From the human T2T-CHM13v2.0 reference genome, Homo sapiens: DNA of 64,000 nucleotides. Both the position numbers and the translations under genes were made by a program. Positions 1-13,399 of the stretch are shown one piece after another (positions within the stretch are counted from its first letter, which is position 1; the number at the start of each line of letters is the position of its first letter). The notes beneath the pieces were generated by a model. That model saw only the letters and a list, made by a program, of their open reading frames with translations, was not told the origin of the DNA and did not search any database. Location: NCBI RefSeq assembly GCF_009914755.1, contig NC_060927.1. One strand, 5' to 3'.

Positions 1-2761
1 TTGTTTGCTCTTGCTTTTCTAGTTCTTTTAATTGTGATGTTAGGGTGTTGATTTTAGATCTTTCCTGCTTTCTCCTGTGGGCATTTAGTGCTATAAATTT
101 CCCTCGAAACGCTGCTTTAGCTGGGTCCCAGAGATTCTGGTATGTTGTATCTTTGTTCTCGTTGGTTTAAAAGAACTTATTTATTTCTGCCTTAATTTCA
201 TTATTTACCTAGTAGTCATTTGGGAGCAGATTGTTCAGTTTCCATATAGTTGTGCGATTTTGAGTGAGTTTCTTTATCCTGAGTTGTAATTTGATTGCAC
301 TGTGGTCTGAGAGAATATTTGTTATGATTTCCATTCTTTTGCATTTGCTGAGTAGTGTTTTACTTCCAATTATGTGGTCAATTTTAGAATAAGTGCGATG
401 TGGTGCTGAGAAGAATGTATATTCTATTGATTTGGGGTGGAGAGCTCTGTAGATGTCTGTTAGGCCTGCTTGTTGCAGAGCTGAGTTCAGGTCCTGGATA
501 TCCTTGTTAACCTTCTATCTCATTGATCTGTCTAATATTGACAGTGGGGTGTTAAAGTCTCCCACTGTGTGGAAAATTCTAAGTTGAATCTTCTTTTCTT
601 TTAAGAATGTTGAATATTGGCCCCACTCTCTTCTGGCTTGTATGGTTTCTGCAGAGAGATCCACTGTTAGTGTGATGGGCTTCCCTTTGTGGGTAACCCG
701 ACCTTTCTGTCTGGCTGCCCTTAAAATTTTTTTCCTCATTTCAACCTTGGTGAATCTGACAATTATGTGTCTTGGGGTTGCTCTTCTCGGGGAGCATCTT
801 TGTGGTGTTCTCTGTATTTCCTGAATTTGAATGTTGGCCTGTCTTGCTAGGTTGGCATACTTCTCCTGGATAATATCCTGAAGAGTGTTTTCCAACTTGG
901 TTCCATTCTCCCCATCACTTTCAGGTGCAACAATCAATCATATGTAGGTTTGGTTTTTTCACATAATCCCATATTTCTTGGAGGCTTTGTTCATTAATTT
1001 TCATTCTTTTTTCTCTAATCTTGTCTTCATGCTTTATTTCATTAAGTTGATCTTCAATCTGTGATATCCTTTCTTCCACTTGATTGATTTGACTACTGAT
1101 ACCTCTGTATGCTTTCCCGTGCTGTGTTTTTCAGCTTTACCAGGTCAATTATGTTCTTCTCTAAACTAGTTATTCTAGTTAGCAATTCCTCTAACCTTTT
1201 TTCTAGGTTCTTAGCTTTCTTGCATTGGGTTAGAACATGCTCCTTTAGCTCGGAGGAGTTTGTTATTACCCACCTTCTGAAGCCTAGTTCTGTTAGTTTG
1301 TGAAACTCATTCTCCATCCAGTTTTGTTCCCTTGCTGGCGAGGAATTGTGATCCTTTGGAGGAGAGGAGGCATTCTGGTTTTTGGAATTTTCAGCTTTTT
1401 TGCACCTTTTTTTCCCTCATGTTCATGGATTTATCTACCTTTGGTCTTTGATGTTGGTGACCTTCATATGCGGTTTATGTGTGGATGGATGTCCTTTTTG
1501 TTGATGTTGATGCTATTCTTTTCTGTTTGTTAGTTTTCCTTCTAACAGTCAGGCCCCCTGCTTCAGTTCTGCTGGAGTTTGCTGGAGGTCCACTCCACAG
1601 CCTGTTTGCCTGGGTATCACCAGCGGAGGCTGCAGAACAACAAAGATTGCTGCCTGCTCCTTTGTCTGGAAGCTTTGTTTCAGAGGGGCACCTGCCAGAT
1701 GCCAGCCAGAGCTCTCCTGTATGAAGTGTCTGTCGATCTCTGCTGGGAGATATCTCCCAGAGGAGGCATGGGGGTCAGGGACCCACTTAAGGAGGCAGTC
1801 TGTACCTTAGCAGAGCTCAAGCACTGTGCTGGGAGATCCGCTGCTCTCTTCAGAGCTGGCAGGCAGGAACGTTTAAGTCTGTTGAAGCTGCATCCACAGC
1901 CGCCACTTCCCCTAGGTGCTCTGTCTCCGGGAGATTGGAGTTTTATCTATAAGCCCCTGACTGGGGCTGCTGCCTTTCTTTCAGAGATGCCCCACCGAGA
2001 GAGGAGGAATCTAGAGAGGCAGTGTGGCTACAGAGGTTTTGCTGAGTTGCAGTAGGCTCCACCCAGTTCGAACTTCCTATCGGCTTTGTTTACACTGTGA
2101 GGGGAAAACCACCTACTCAAGCCTCAGTAACTGCCGACACCCCTCCCCCCACCAAGCTCAAGCGTCCCAGGTCGACTTCAAACTGCTGTGCTGGCAGCGA
2201 GAATTTCAAGCCAACGGACCTTAGTTTGACGGGCTTCTTGGGGGTGGTATCCACTGAGCTAGACCACTTGGCTTCCTGGCTTCAGCCCCCTTTCCAGGAG
2301 AGTGAAGGGTTCTGTCTCGCTGGCATTCCAGGTACCACTGGGATGAAAAAAAACTCCTGCAGCTAGCTCGGTGTCTGCCCAAATGGCTGCTCATTTTTGT
2401 GCTTGAAACCCAGGGCCCTGGTGGTGTAGGCACCTGAGGGAATCTCCTAGTCTGTGGGTTGCAAAGATCGTGGGAAAAGCATAGTATCTGGGTGAGATAG
2501 CACCATCCCTCACAGCACAGTCTCTCACGACTTCTCTTGGCTAGGGGAGGGAGTTCCTTGACCCCTTGTGCTTCCCAGGTGAGGCAACGCCCACCCTGCT
2601 TCTGCTCGCCCTCTGTGGGCTGCACTCACTGTCTAATCAGTCCCAGTGAGATGAGTCAGGTACCTCAGTTGGAAATGCAGAAATCACTCACCTTCTGCCT
2701 TGATCTTGCTGGGAGCCGCAGACCAGAGATGTTCCTGTTGGGCCATCTTGTCCAGGAATCC
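1..2761 (-). mobile_element. LINE-1 L1PA7/8-like: 5'UTR, ORF1 and start of ORF2, running off the left edge, with a ~660-bp internal deletion
   Basis: YY1-bearing 5' start (GGCCATCTT at 2741-2749 = AAGATGGCC). ORF1 peptides QIQEIQRTPQR...TPRHIIVRFTKVEM and ORF2 endonuclease motif GDFNTPLS. Colinear with 57120-60472. Confidence 0.95.
515..937 (-). pseudogene. Chimeric L1 ORF1-ORF2 endonuclease remnant created by deletion
   Basis: Translation switches from ORF1-like (...FLKEKKIQLRIF) to ORF2 EN (VGDFNTPLSILDRS) at ~570. Confidence 0.85.
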
Positions 2762-3314
2762 ATCTTAACTATTTCTAAGTGTACTATTCAGTAGTATTGA
2801 GATATAGCTTTTATTTTCTTTAGCTTGCATTTAAAGTTGTATGTTAATAACAATATATATTTGCTTTTTTTTGCTAGATACAGTATTGATTGATTTACAT
2901 GGATTATATCATTTAGCACAATAATTTTATAAGTTAAGAACTATTATTTCATCCTGTTCAAGAAGTATAGATCTGAGTCTTGGCTAACTAACTAGTTTAA
3001 TATTACACAGTTAGTAAATAGGAGGACTGAGGTTCAATGTGTTTAAATTGAACCCAGATGGACTGTGGAACTCATCTTCTTAAATATTCTTTTGAACCAT
3101 ATTTTTATTCTGTTTTTGAAAATAACAAATATGCTAATACAGATAAGATATTCACTATGTTTTCTAGTGTGTATGTAAAATGGGGACATTATAGATGCCT
3201 GATTTGTACTTTCAGTGATGGAGAAGTAATCAAAGCAATGAACAGAAACTTAATATGGAAAGGTATTTGCTTACTCCTGCTAAATGTGTTTTCATAAGGT
3301 GAGTGGGCATAGAA

Positions 3315-3521
3315 CAGGATTTCTCAACCTTGTCTCTATTGATATTTTGGGCTGGATAATTTTGAGAGGCTGACCTGTGTGTGGTAGGATGTTTACTGGC
3401 ATCCGTGGGTTTCCACTAGCTGGCAGGAGCACTGCTCCAGTTGAAACGAACGAACAAAAATACCTTCAGACGTTGCCAAATGTCCCTGGGAGGCAAAATC
3501 TCTTCTCATTGAGAACCACTA
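3315..3521 (-). mobile_element. MER20 (hAT-Charlie DNA transposon)
   Basis: Termini CAGGATTTCTCAAC...TTGAGAACCACT, internal TTGCCAAATGTCCCTGGG, 8-bp TSD GCATAGAA/GCCTAGAA (3307-3314, 3522-3529). Confidence 0.9.
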
Positions 3522-3594
3522 GCCTAGAATACAAAAATATTTCATTATTTATATCCGAACAAGTCATCTGAATGTTCTATGGTTTAAAAAATAT

Positions 3595-3780
3595 ATATTG
3601 TGTGCATAATATGTGCCAGGCACCATTTTTCTAAGTGCTTTGCAGGTACTAATTCATTTAACTCCCCAAATAACAACCTCATAATGTAGTTATTATGTAG
3701 TGCGTACATGGGAAAGAGAAATTAGAAACCCTACTAGTCTGATGGAATAAACCCTAGTTCCTATCCACAATGCTTATCCA
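3595..3780 (-). mobile_element. MIR fragment
   Basis: TGTGCCAGGCACC...CTAAGTGCTTTGCAGGTACTAATTCATTTAA motif. Confidence 0.7.
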
Positions 3781-4254
3781 CCTCCTCTTTGGCTCTGCTA
3801 GTGATTTCCAATTGCAAGTCCTTGATAAATTTTCAGTAATATGTGACAATTTGAGAAAAGTAATTAAATTATGATTTTTTTCCTTAAAGAAAGAAACTTA
3901 CGTACTAGATTTAATAGAAAAAGATATAATAGAATAAGTGAGTTGGCTGCTTATGGTTCTGCACCATTCATCCTTCCAGAACAATGGCTAGAGGAAGAAG
4001 TGTTCAGTTTCTGTTGGTTAGAGAACTTACAAATGTCAGTCCCCCAGCTATAGCTCTAAGATAATTTTTCCCCTAGATGCAATTTTATGGTTTATTAAAA
4101 AGGAAAGTTTCCAGTCAAAATGACTACTTCTCACCCATTGGCTTATCAAAGCTACTGTTGTAGACACATCTTCATTTGATAGGAAGAGAAGAGGAAGTCA
4201 AGTCTACTGGCTGGACTTCAGGCATCAGACTATGTTAAATTTTCTTCGTATTTT

Positions 4255-6465
4255 TAAAAAAATTTTTATTATGAAAATGTTAAGCAACTACAAATGTAAA
4301 GAGAATAGTTGAATAAACCTTTTGCCCACCATTTATTATTAATATATACTTTAATTTATACCTCCACTCAAACCAGATTTTTTTTGAGGCAAACATCATC
4401 ATATTATTTCACTTGTAGTATTTTATTATGTATCTCTAAATCTAAAGGATAAAAAATAATTTTTGAACTTAACTATAAAGCCATGATCACATCTAAATTT
4501 TAGAAAAACTTGATATCATTAAATATCTAGACAATGATGACATTACTCTGATTGACATACAATTATGACATATCTATTATTTTTATAGTGCTTGAATTGA
4601 ATCCAAATAAGAAGTATGTGTTGTTGTTGGCTGATTTGCTTTTAAAATATCTTTCTTATAGTAATTTTTTTGAGGTAAAATTTATATCTTGTTAAGTCTC
4701 TTTTGACTTAAAGGTTCTCCTTCCATTTTTTATCTGCAATTTTTATTCTTTTACTGAAGAAAGGAGCCATTTCTCTTGTAGAATTTCCAATACTCTAATA
4801 TCTGATTTTCCTGTAGATTAGCATTTTGCTGTAGAGGCTTGTTTCAAGTTCCTTTCAAAAATGTTTATTTATTTATTTATTTTTCGCAAGAATACCTTGT
4901 GGGTGGTGGTGTGTTCTTCCCTGGGGAGGCACATAATTTCTGGTTAGTGGCACTGATGATCACTTACCAGATCCATCAATTCATTAGGAGTTACAAAACT
5001 GATAATTTAATTATGTTAAATTATGTTATTTCTTCTTCTTTTTTTAACTGGAATGTCTATCAAAATAAACTTCCTTTCCTCAACTGCTTTGTTACCCTGA
5101 GGTACAGGTTACATTCTACTACCATTTTCAAAACAATCAGTTGGTTTCCTAGCATCTTCTGAAAGTATTCATTGAGTTGTGTAGTTTTTTAAAAAGTTTT
5201 ACTATGAATATGAATCATATAAGTACATATATTTGATATGTTTCACCTATTGTGTGCATGCTCAAATTGTCCCAGTTTGGGCCAGTGGGAGTCTCTTCAG
5301 TTTGACTCAGGAGACCCTTGAGAATGGTCCTGAAAAATTGTGATAGTTTCCTTGCTGTCTGGTTTGACAAACTGCTTCATTTGTACATTTCCTGCCTGCA
5401 TTAGTCTGTTTTCACACTACCATAAAGAACTACCTGAGACTGGGTAATTTATGAAGAAGAGAGGTTTAATTGACTCACAGTTCCGTAGGCTTAACAGGAC
5501 ATGTGACTGGAAGGCCTCAGAAAACTTACAATCATGGTGGAAGGTGAAGGGGAAGCAAGCCTTTTCCTCACATAACAGCAGGAGAAAGAGAGCAAAGGGG
5601 GAAGTGCCACACACTTTTAAACCATCAGATTTCCTGAGAACTCATTCACTATCATGAGAACAGCATGGAGGAAATCTGCCCCAATGATCTAATCACCTCC
5701 CACCAGGTCCCTCCCCCAACATTGGGAACTGCAATTCAACATGAGATTTGGGTGGGGAGACAGAGCCAAACCACATCACTGGCCCAGACCTGAAATTAAC
5801 TATCTCCTTAAGGATCCTTGGTTCCTTTTGGTGGAAAATGACTTTTAGATAACATAGTTTAGGTATTAGTGGTGTTTATTGCTACTGAGTTACTATTATT
5901 TGGGGGCTTTTCAATGTCGTAAGTTAGAAAATATGTGCTACTTTAAAAGATAAAATACATCATAAGTTCATATTAGTATTTCCTATTCAAATGCAGAACT
6001 TTCAGCCCTACAGATTTTTTACTTTAGTGATCCTACATTTGTATTTCCTTTCAACAATACTGAAAATCCTGGTTCTCAGCAATGCTGGTATAATCATTCA
6101 TTTAAATTTTCCCATAATACTACACAACTGTCTCATATTAATAATATTAGCATTATTACCAATAATATGCTTCTTAAAACCTATGTAAGTTTTTTCCAGA
6201 GTTTTTTTTTTCTGTTCTTAGGCTTTATCCCTGAAGGGATATACAGTCAAATTACTGTATTTTCATATTATTTGGAATAACTTTTCTTAGTCATTATGCC
6301 AAATACTTCGAATTTCTTTATTTCCTTAATTTTATCTTATAGTTAGGTAAAATATTTGCATGGTTTCAACGCTAAATTTGCAAAACAAGTTATATTCAAG
6401 GGAGTTCAGCTTCAATCCTTGTCCACCACCCAATTCTCTCCCCTCTTATATAGCTAACCATTAAG
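4255..6465 (-). mobile_element. Old L1M (L1MC/ME-type) 3'-end sequence interrupted by the MSTA LTR
   Basis: TTTTTATTATGAAAA tail; TGTCCCAGTTTGGGCCAGTGGGAG; TACATTTCCTGCC|CCAGACCTG continues across the LTR. Confidence 0.65.
5397..5778 (-). mobile_element. MSTA-like MaLR solo LTR
   Basis: TG...CA termini, GAGACTGGGTAATTTATGAAG and GATTTGGGTGGGG motifs, 5-bp TSD CTGCC/CTGGC. Confidence 0.9.
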
Positions 6466-6477
6466 AAAGTTATGATT

Positions 6478-6770
6478 AGCTGGCTGTGGTGGCTCACGCC
6501 TGTAATCCCAGCACTTTGGGAGGCCGAGGTGGGTGGATTACCTGAGGTCGAGAGTTTGAGACCAGCCTGACCAACATGGAGAAACACTGTCTCTACTAAA
6601 AATGCAAAATTAGCCAGGCATGGTGGTGCATGCCTGTAATCCCAGCTACTTGGGAGCCTGAGGCAGGAGAATTGAATTCTTGAACCTGGGAGATGGAGGT
6701 TGCGGTGAGCCGAGATTGCACCATTGTACTCCAGCCTGGGTGACAAAGCAAGACTCCGTCTCAAAAAAAA
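6478..6770 (+). mobile_element. AluS (AluSp-like)
   Basis: Dimeric Alu with GACCAACATGGAGAAAC diagnostic; TSD AAAGTTATGATT (6466-6477, 6769-6780). Confidence 0.93.
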
Positions 6771-6789
6771 AGTTATGATTTATCCTTCT

Positions 6790-7150
6790 TTGCATTTTAA
6801 TATCAGCAAACATGTATATTTGTATCCCTTCACTTATATAAATGGTAGCCATAATAAATGGTGTAAATAGTAGCCATTATAAATACTTACTCCCATCTTT
6901 TTTCAATTAACAATATATCTTGAGAGGGTCTCCATAGTATATTAGTATATAGTATATTAAAACATTCCCCATTCCTTTTTATGGCTGCATAGTACTCCAT
7001 TGCATGGATGTACCATAGCTTACTCAATAAATTTTCCACTGATGGGATTTGGGCTATTTCTAGTCTTTCCCCATTCCGCATAATGTTGCGACTAAAAGCT
7101 TTGTACATACATCTTTTAATTTATTTTGTTAGCATGGTTTTGAACATGTA
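6790..7150 (-). mobile_element. Old L1ME ORF2 C-terminus/3'UTR fragment
   Basis: Translation [17 protein letters not shown] matches the ORF2 C-terminus. Confidence 0.8.
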
Positions 7151-7189
7151 TCTTTTATTTTTGCCACTATATTTTTATTTATAAATATC

Positions 7190-7780
7190 ACTTAAAAATT
7201 CTTTAGTGAGGATCTAGGAAGGATAAATTCTTTCATTTTCTTCTTTATTTGAAAATACATTTTTTTGTCTTTACTTTAAATGATAGTTTGGGCAAAAAGT
7301 TCCAAATTAATGATGATTTTTCTCCCAGCACATTGAAGACAGTATTTCATTAGCCTCTATTGTTGCTATTGAGTAGTTTGCTGTTAAAATATATCTATTC
7401 CTTTATAGGTAACCTCTTTTTTCTTTCTGATTGATTGCTTTAAGATATTTTTTTAGTTTCAGGTTTACTATAGTTTCATTAAGGTGTGCCTGGAATGGAC
7501 ATATTTTCATTTACCTTGTTTGGGATTTATTGTGATACCTTAATCTGAAGAGTCTCATCTTTAATCAATTCTGGAAAAGTTCTTAGCCATTTTCCCCCTA
7601 TATTTCCTCTCCTCCACTCTACCTCCTTTACCCTCCCACCTTTTCCTCTCAGTGCTCTTATCAGGTGCATTTGTACTTTCTTATTCTGCTCTCCATGTTC
7701 CTTAATTTCTCTTTAATAAGTTTTAAAAATTTATTTTTAGTCTCTCTTTAGCAGGCTTAGCAATTTACTGCAATATGTAT
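7190..7780 (-). mobile_element. Old L1M/HAL1 ORF1-region fragment
   Basis: T-rich antisense ORF1-type motifs (CAGCACATTGAAGA, TCAATTCTGGAAAA...CTTAGCCATT). Confidence 0.55.
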
Positions 7781-9424
7781 TCCTGTTTACATTTTGCAAA
7801 AAATGCATTCATGTTTTTGTTAAGCTTCTTTTATAGTGCAAAGTAATTGCGTGTGTAATAGATGTTCACTGGGACTTGTGTTTGCCCTCAGATGGTCATG
7901 AAAGGATAAAAATTGAGAATAAGGAGGCATCAAGTACACGACATTCTAAAGACAGCCCCTAGCAATTGGTTTATTAAAGAATAGTCTAACGGACTCTGCT
8001 ACGTCCAGACATACCCAGGAGTTTCACTATGCAACCAGAATGTAAAGGGGAAGAAGGAAATGACAGGGGCCATGAGTCATCAGTGTAGTAGAAAGTCCTT
8101 CCCTGCCCCTTCAAAACCAGGGGATGGGGGAAGCACCAAGTATCATTGGCACCCCATTCCTCAGTTGGGTAGCAGATATGATGTGTCTCTGTGCCTAGCT
8201 GAGCAGCAGGTAAAGAGAACCTGAAGACCTGAGAATGATGGCAGAATGGAGAAGCATGGGGGCTTCAGGGAGGAGCTGGGAGCCCTCTCCACTATTTGGT
8301 GGGTCAAATTCACGTGGATCAAGTAGACACTGCGCAAAATATCCTTGACTGAATATTTTGCCAGTTGTCACCTACAAGGGCTGGCCACTGGGTGAGGAGA
8401 TTGCAGCGGCAAGAGGCTGTGGAGTGAACCTGCCAGACAGAAGCTAAACTGAGTGTTGCCATCAGCTCTCCAACAGAGGGGAAGGAGCCCCAAAGGGTGT
8501 TCTGGAGAACTCACAAAGGTGTCCAATTATGCTTTACCTTTCTGTTCCTCTCCAGAATCCTTTGTTTCTTTTGCTTTGGTTTTGATGTTACAGCATTAGG
8601 GTAGACCTCTTTTCTTTGTTTTTTTCTTGTGGGTTAATATATTTATTGTTGTTGGTCTTTACTATTCTGTATTCGTTTTGTTTGCCCTATTAATCTCAAT
8701 ACTGACCTTTTAACCTCATGAGGCTGTATTTTGACATACAGCTCCCTTGTGTTTTACCTGACCCTTCATAGTTCAATGAGAGTCTATTCTGGTCCATCCA
8801 GCATTTGTGCCTGGTTGCCTTCTCTGTACCAAGTGCCCTGTCAACACCCTTTTTTTCTGTGCTCTGTGTTTGTGGCCTTTGCAGTTGTGGCCACTGTTTG
8901 TCCTCCTGCTCTTCATGACCAGCCCTCACATGTGCTTCATGCTCCAATGAAGGGGCGACTCATACAATCAGGTAAGGAGAGAGAGATTTTTCCACCGTGA
9001 TTTATACTTTCTGAAAATTGAGCTATCATCAGTGACACTGTTGAACATGCAAAAGAAAGTGGCACCTCTAGTCACATGAAAGTTCAGTCCTTGGGAGCAT
9101 CCAAAAGTGGTGACAGGACCATCAGGATATCAAAATGAAGTTCCAGCAACATTAGGGGTCTCTGGGCAACATACATGAATTTAAAAGAAAGAAACATTCT
9201 GTAGTCATGGGAAATCCTGCTAATTAGAACTGAGTTTTATAAAAGGTCATGGTGTGAAGCCAAAGAAATAACTTTGAACCTTGATATTATGCCCATATTT
9301 TTTGTGCTTCTTTCTATAGACAGAGCTTATTAGGCAGGGAGGATGATATGCTCTCCTCTCCTATGGTCTTACTGCATCCCAAAGTACAGATAAATGCCAC
9401 CAACCATGATGTAGCACAACAAAC

Positions 9425-9620
9425 AGGAGGATTAGACTTCGCAGTCAGAAAGGCTTGGGTTTGAATCTTAAAAACATTGCTGTTTACTTGTTGTATGGCC
9501 TTGGGCAAGCTACTCATTCTTTTTGAGCTTTAATTTCCTCATAATAATACTCATCTTACGGAGTTGTGGTAAGAATTAAAGGTGAATTACGTACAGAAAC
9601 ACTTGGCACCTTGCCTATAG
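9425..9620 (+). mobile_element. MIR
   Basis: GGGTTTGAATC...GGCCTTGGGCAAGCTACTCA...TTTCCTCA core. Confidence 0.8.
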
Positions 9621-10979
9621 TATTGTATTAACCCACAAGGCTGGCTTCTCTTTGGACCATGCTGACAAAACCCACATTGGAAGGAACTTTGATTTGTATT
9701 TATCTTCTCTTTGCTTTTTTGCTTGATTCCATTAACCAGAGAGGAAGTCATACCAGTTAAATTGCTGGAGAAAGGTGTGATGGCTGAATTTAATAAATAT
9801 TGAAAATATAAATTTAAACAGAAGTTGCAAGAATTTTCTGGGTAAACAGTGAATCATGGGAGTGGATGGAACTTTCATATTTTAACTGGGTTTCCAGGTT
9901 ATGTGCCCTCTTTTTATTGTCTTACCTTAGGCTGACCCCATTTGATGACAGCACTAAGAATTGATGATTTCTTTATCCCCAGAGCAGTTGAAAACAGAGG
10001 GGGAAGGAGTAAATCTCTAGATTAGAATTTTTAAGGTTGGGGACCATCAGCCAATGGTTGTCTTCCTGGGTGGAGGAATATGAAACTTTGAGTTCCCTTC
10101 CCCCTTGCTCATAAAACCCACCAGCTCAGAACCTTGGCAATCTCACTATTTTCCCTTGCTTTCTGCAGTCAAAGTCTGAATGCAGCTTAGAGTGGAAATG
10201 TTGAAATAAAGAACATGGCTTTAGAGTGAGACAGACCTGGACTTGGCCCTGGTAAATGGTCAGTGCCCTGTCAATCGTGTCCATTATTACTTTTACTCCT
10301 AATTCAGCTTTTGTACTTCAGATACATTGATCCTTAATCCTCCCTTGAATGTTCTGTATAGAGAAGCCTTTAAGTGATTAGTTTTGGATTATTAGCTTTT
10401 ATATTTTGCGTTTTGAATTCTCTCCATGTAGCCAACTTACGAGTGCTAATTGCAGTATTCTTACTACAGAAGACATTTCTTAGATATAGAGCCTATTCCA
10501 AAGCATTCAAGGAAGATTGATAGGTCATTCTGGAATGGGCTCCATTCTACTTCCCCAATTTATTTTTTTTTTTCTCAATCTGTTCCATAATCTGTCACTT
10601 TAAAAACTCGCACTTTAGTAGCAGGATTTTATGCAACAAATCCCCTTTCCCCCAATATATTCCACAATTTGGCCAGGAATCCTTACAGGAAGAGGTCAGA
10701 GGACTCTGATGCCTGGTTTAGAATATGTACATATTAGTGCTTCTTTTCTTCTTGTCTGTTGACAAGAGCTTTGCTACCCTACAGCTAATGACTTCTTTAG
10801 GATTTTTGCCAGCTTTTGGGTTGTTTCATTTTGGCATTTTCCTTGGCTCCAGCTTTTTTTCTCCCCTCTTCTTAACATGTTTTGTTCTAGTAGACACCCT
10901 CCTTTTCTGGCTATATCTTAAGTCATTCTTCCTTTGGGATGAGATGTCATTACAAGCCCAATAATAAGTTTAAAGATGA

Positions 10980-11180
10980 CGATAATAGTAATAGATAAGG
11001 TTTACTGAGTATTCACCATGTACTAGACACTACTGTAACCACTTTTAATATATGAACACATTTAAACCTCACAACTGCCCTATGAAATAGCTACAACTTT
11101 TATCTCCATTTTACAGGTGGGGAAACTGCTGCAAGAGAGGTTCAGTCCCTTGTGCCGGGCAGCACAGCAGCAGTGAGTAG
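10980..11180 (-). mobile_element. MIR
   Basis: CATTTAAACCTCACAAC...CCATTTTACAGGTGGGGAAACTG core. Confidence 0.85.
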
Positions 11181-11849
11181 ACAGCAGTTAGCTTGGCTTC
11201 AGGTGTGCCTGAACATTCAGGAGCTGACTGTGGAGAGATTTTCTCTGTAGGCACCTCTAGGCTCTGGACACTGATGTCCAGGATCCTGTCTTTGATGGTA
11301 CTGAATAAGGTGCTGTCATCATCAGCAAGGGTACAACAGAATAATGTTTCCTACTAAATTAACAAAATGCTGGAATAATGTGTAGTTTCTGTGAATTTCT
11401 TTAGAAGCAAGTCGGCCAGACAACCTTTATGATCTTACCTTTGTACTCAGGAAAAAATATAAAATTACGAAGGAATTTTTTAGGAAGCTAAAATAGGTCA
11501 CCTTCCCACTCTTAGTACTGAGAAAGACATTTTTAGAGCTTGCTTTCCAAACAAGCAAATTGAACTGAAGAAGTCACTTTCATTTGAAAATCAGGTGAAA
11601 GTCAACAACATTGATGATTACAAAATTAACAACAATAATTCCCTGGGAGAGTACCTTCACATGTCAACTAATTCATAGGGTGAAAAAAAAAATAGACAAA
11701 ATTCAGTTCAACAACAGGTAATTTTGAAAATAGTCAATTTAAGAATTACCCACTAAGTAGGAGTTAGAAGTCTATGATTATTTTTTGGTTTATTCTAAAA
11801 GTGACTTGTGTAGACACAGCCTGTGTAGGGAAAGCAGACCGTGATTTGA

Positions 11850-12560
11850 AACATGCTGCTGCCAACCAAACAATAAAATGAAGAGAACAATAAACAAAGG
11901 AAACCTTTCCAAAGGCTCTCTTCATTTACATTCTGAGATTACTGGCCTCATCTCTCTGCTGAAATAGCCTTGCTTTACCAACGACCATCCAAATGCATAA
12001 TCAGGTGCTACTGGCAGCTTTTGCTCCAACAAACTGCATGGAGAATATTTGAATGCTGCCAAGACTATAGGTGCCTGTTTCAAGTTGTCACAGAATATGC
12101 TATAACATGTCATAAATAAGGGAGGTATATTTATAAATCTGACATTAAAAATGTGTTCCTAAAATATCTCGCGTGTTCCTTGGCCATGTCAGCATAGAAA
12201 TAATGTTTAGTATTTGTTTATTTTACTGGACCACCCCATGAACCTGGGGGAAACATGTTAGAAAAAAAATTATAGCTACGCCAACTATTCTGGGAGATAC
12301 ACGAGCCCTCCATGTTTATCAGGTTGAGGGCACTGTATTTTGATGTCAATAAGCAATTTTTCCAGCCCGGTCTCCTGCCCGACCCTTTTAATCCATCAAT
12401 ATATTATTAGAGATAAAGTTGGTGGATGCCTGCTGCAGTTAGAAGATAAATGACATCTCTGAAGTCAGGCATTAAAGACTAGATTAAGGCCTTGTGACAC
12501 CGTTTTCAGTGCTCATCTGTGCACTTCTGTTCAACCTATCACACTGAGTGACAAGAAAGA
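11850..12560. promoter_or_regulatory. Candidate conserved non-coding element/enhancer
   Basis: No recognisable repeat. GTCATAAA 12109, FOX-like TGTTTA 12204/12215, PBX-HOX ATCCATCA 12391, AGATAA 12411/12444, TGACA 12451; several retained CpGs. Conservation is inferred, not measured. Confidence 0.45.
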
Positions 12561-13399
12561 AAAATAATGAACTGGGCCAGGGGAAGAAGAAGGAAAAAAA
12601 AAAAGGCAGAAAAAGAGAGAGATTTTTTTCCCCCTAACACACAAACTACATCAGTTCACACTCGGGATTAGACTGCATTTAAAGAAAGGAAAAAAGAAAA
12701 GAAAATGGGGAATTGGGAAGGACAGGGAAGGGACTGTTCTGTAAAGATGAAAATAGGTAGACAAAAGGGACCTGAAAGCAAAGAATTCCATTTCTGCCTG
12801 GCCCATGTTGCCTTTGGTTCCCCCACCTGCCTCCCAGCCTCTCCCATGCAGATATCCCCCAGTTGGCTTCCAGTTGCTTTAGGAATCTGCTCCATCCCTG
12901 AGTTCGGAGTGCTGACACAAGTCTTGTTAAGAGGCAGCACTCGGTTCTCAATCTTGGTGAATCGTGTTCTTCCCTCCTCACCAAAGGATTTCCTTCATGC
13001 TGCTATCATTGGTCTGGTTGGAGGTATTAAAGATTTTTGTAACTCTGTCTTCTGATAGTGATTTGAATATGGCTACTGAGTTGACAAGTACAAATGTTGA
13101 ATTTTCTCCAATTGTGTGGAAAACAGGAGCCATAAATGAATTGCTTGGGGGAAGTGAAAGGAAAGCGAGATGCTGGGCAGGTGAGAGGGGATTAACCAGT
13201 GGAAAGCACCCAGGTTTGTGGGGAGGAGGCTTGGGCCAATTAATTCCAAGTTCTCTTTCTCAATCACTTATGCAGGATCAAAACCGCATCCCCTCCCCAT
13301 ATGATATGCTGTGTTTGTGAGTTTAGAAGGACACCTCTTTTGTAGATCTCTTTTGCTCCCAGCACTTCAACAGTCCTTATTAGAATGCAAGTCCAGAAG

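Noticed and set aside
6396-6764. 122-aa ORF
   Set aside because: Antisense Alu translation (SLALSPRLE...[13 protein letters not shown]).
7900-8520. Purine-rich block resembling an old ERVL/MaLR LTR
   Set aside because: No termini, TSD or family motif I can identify with confidence.
12668-13320. Overlapping 90-118 aa ORFs on both strands
   Set aside because: No homology or exon structure, mostly non-ATG starts; expected by chance.
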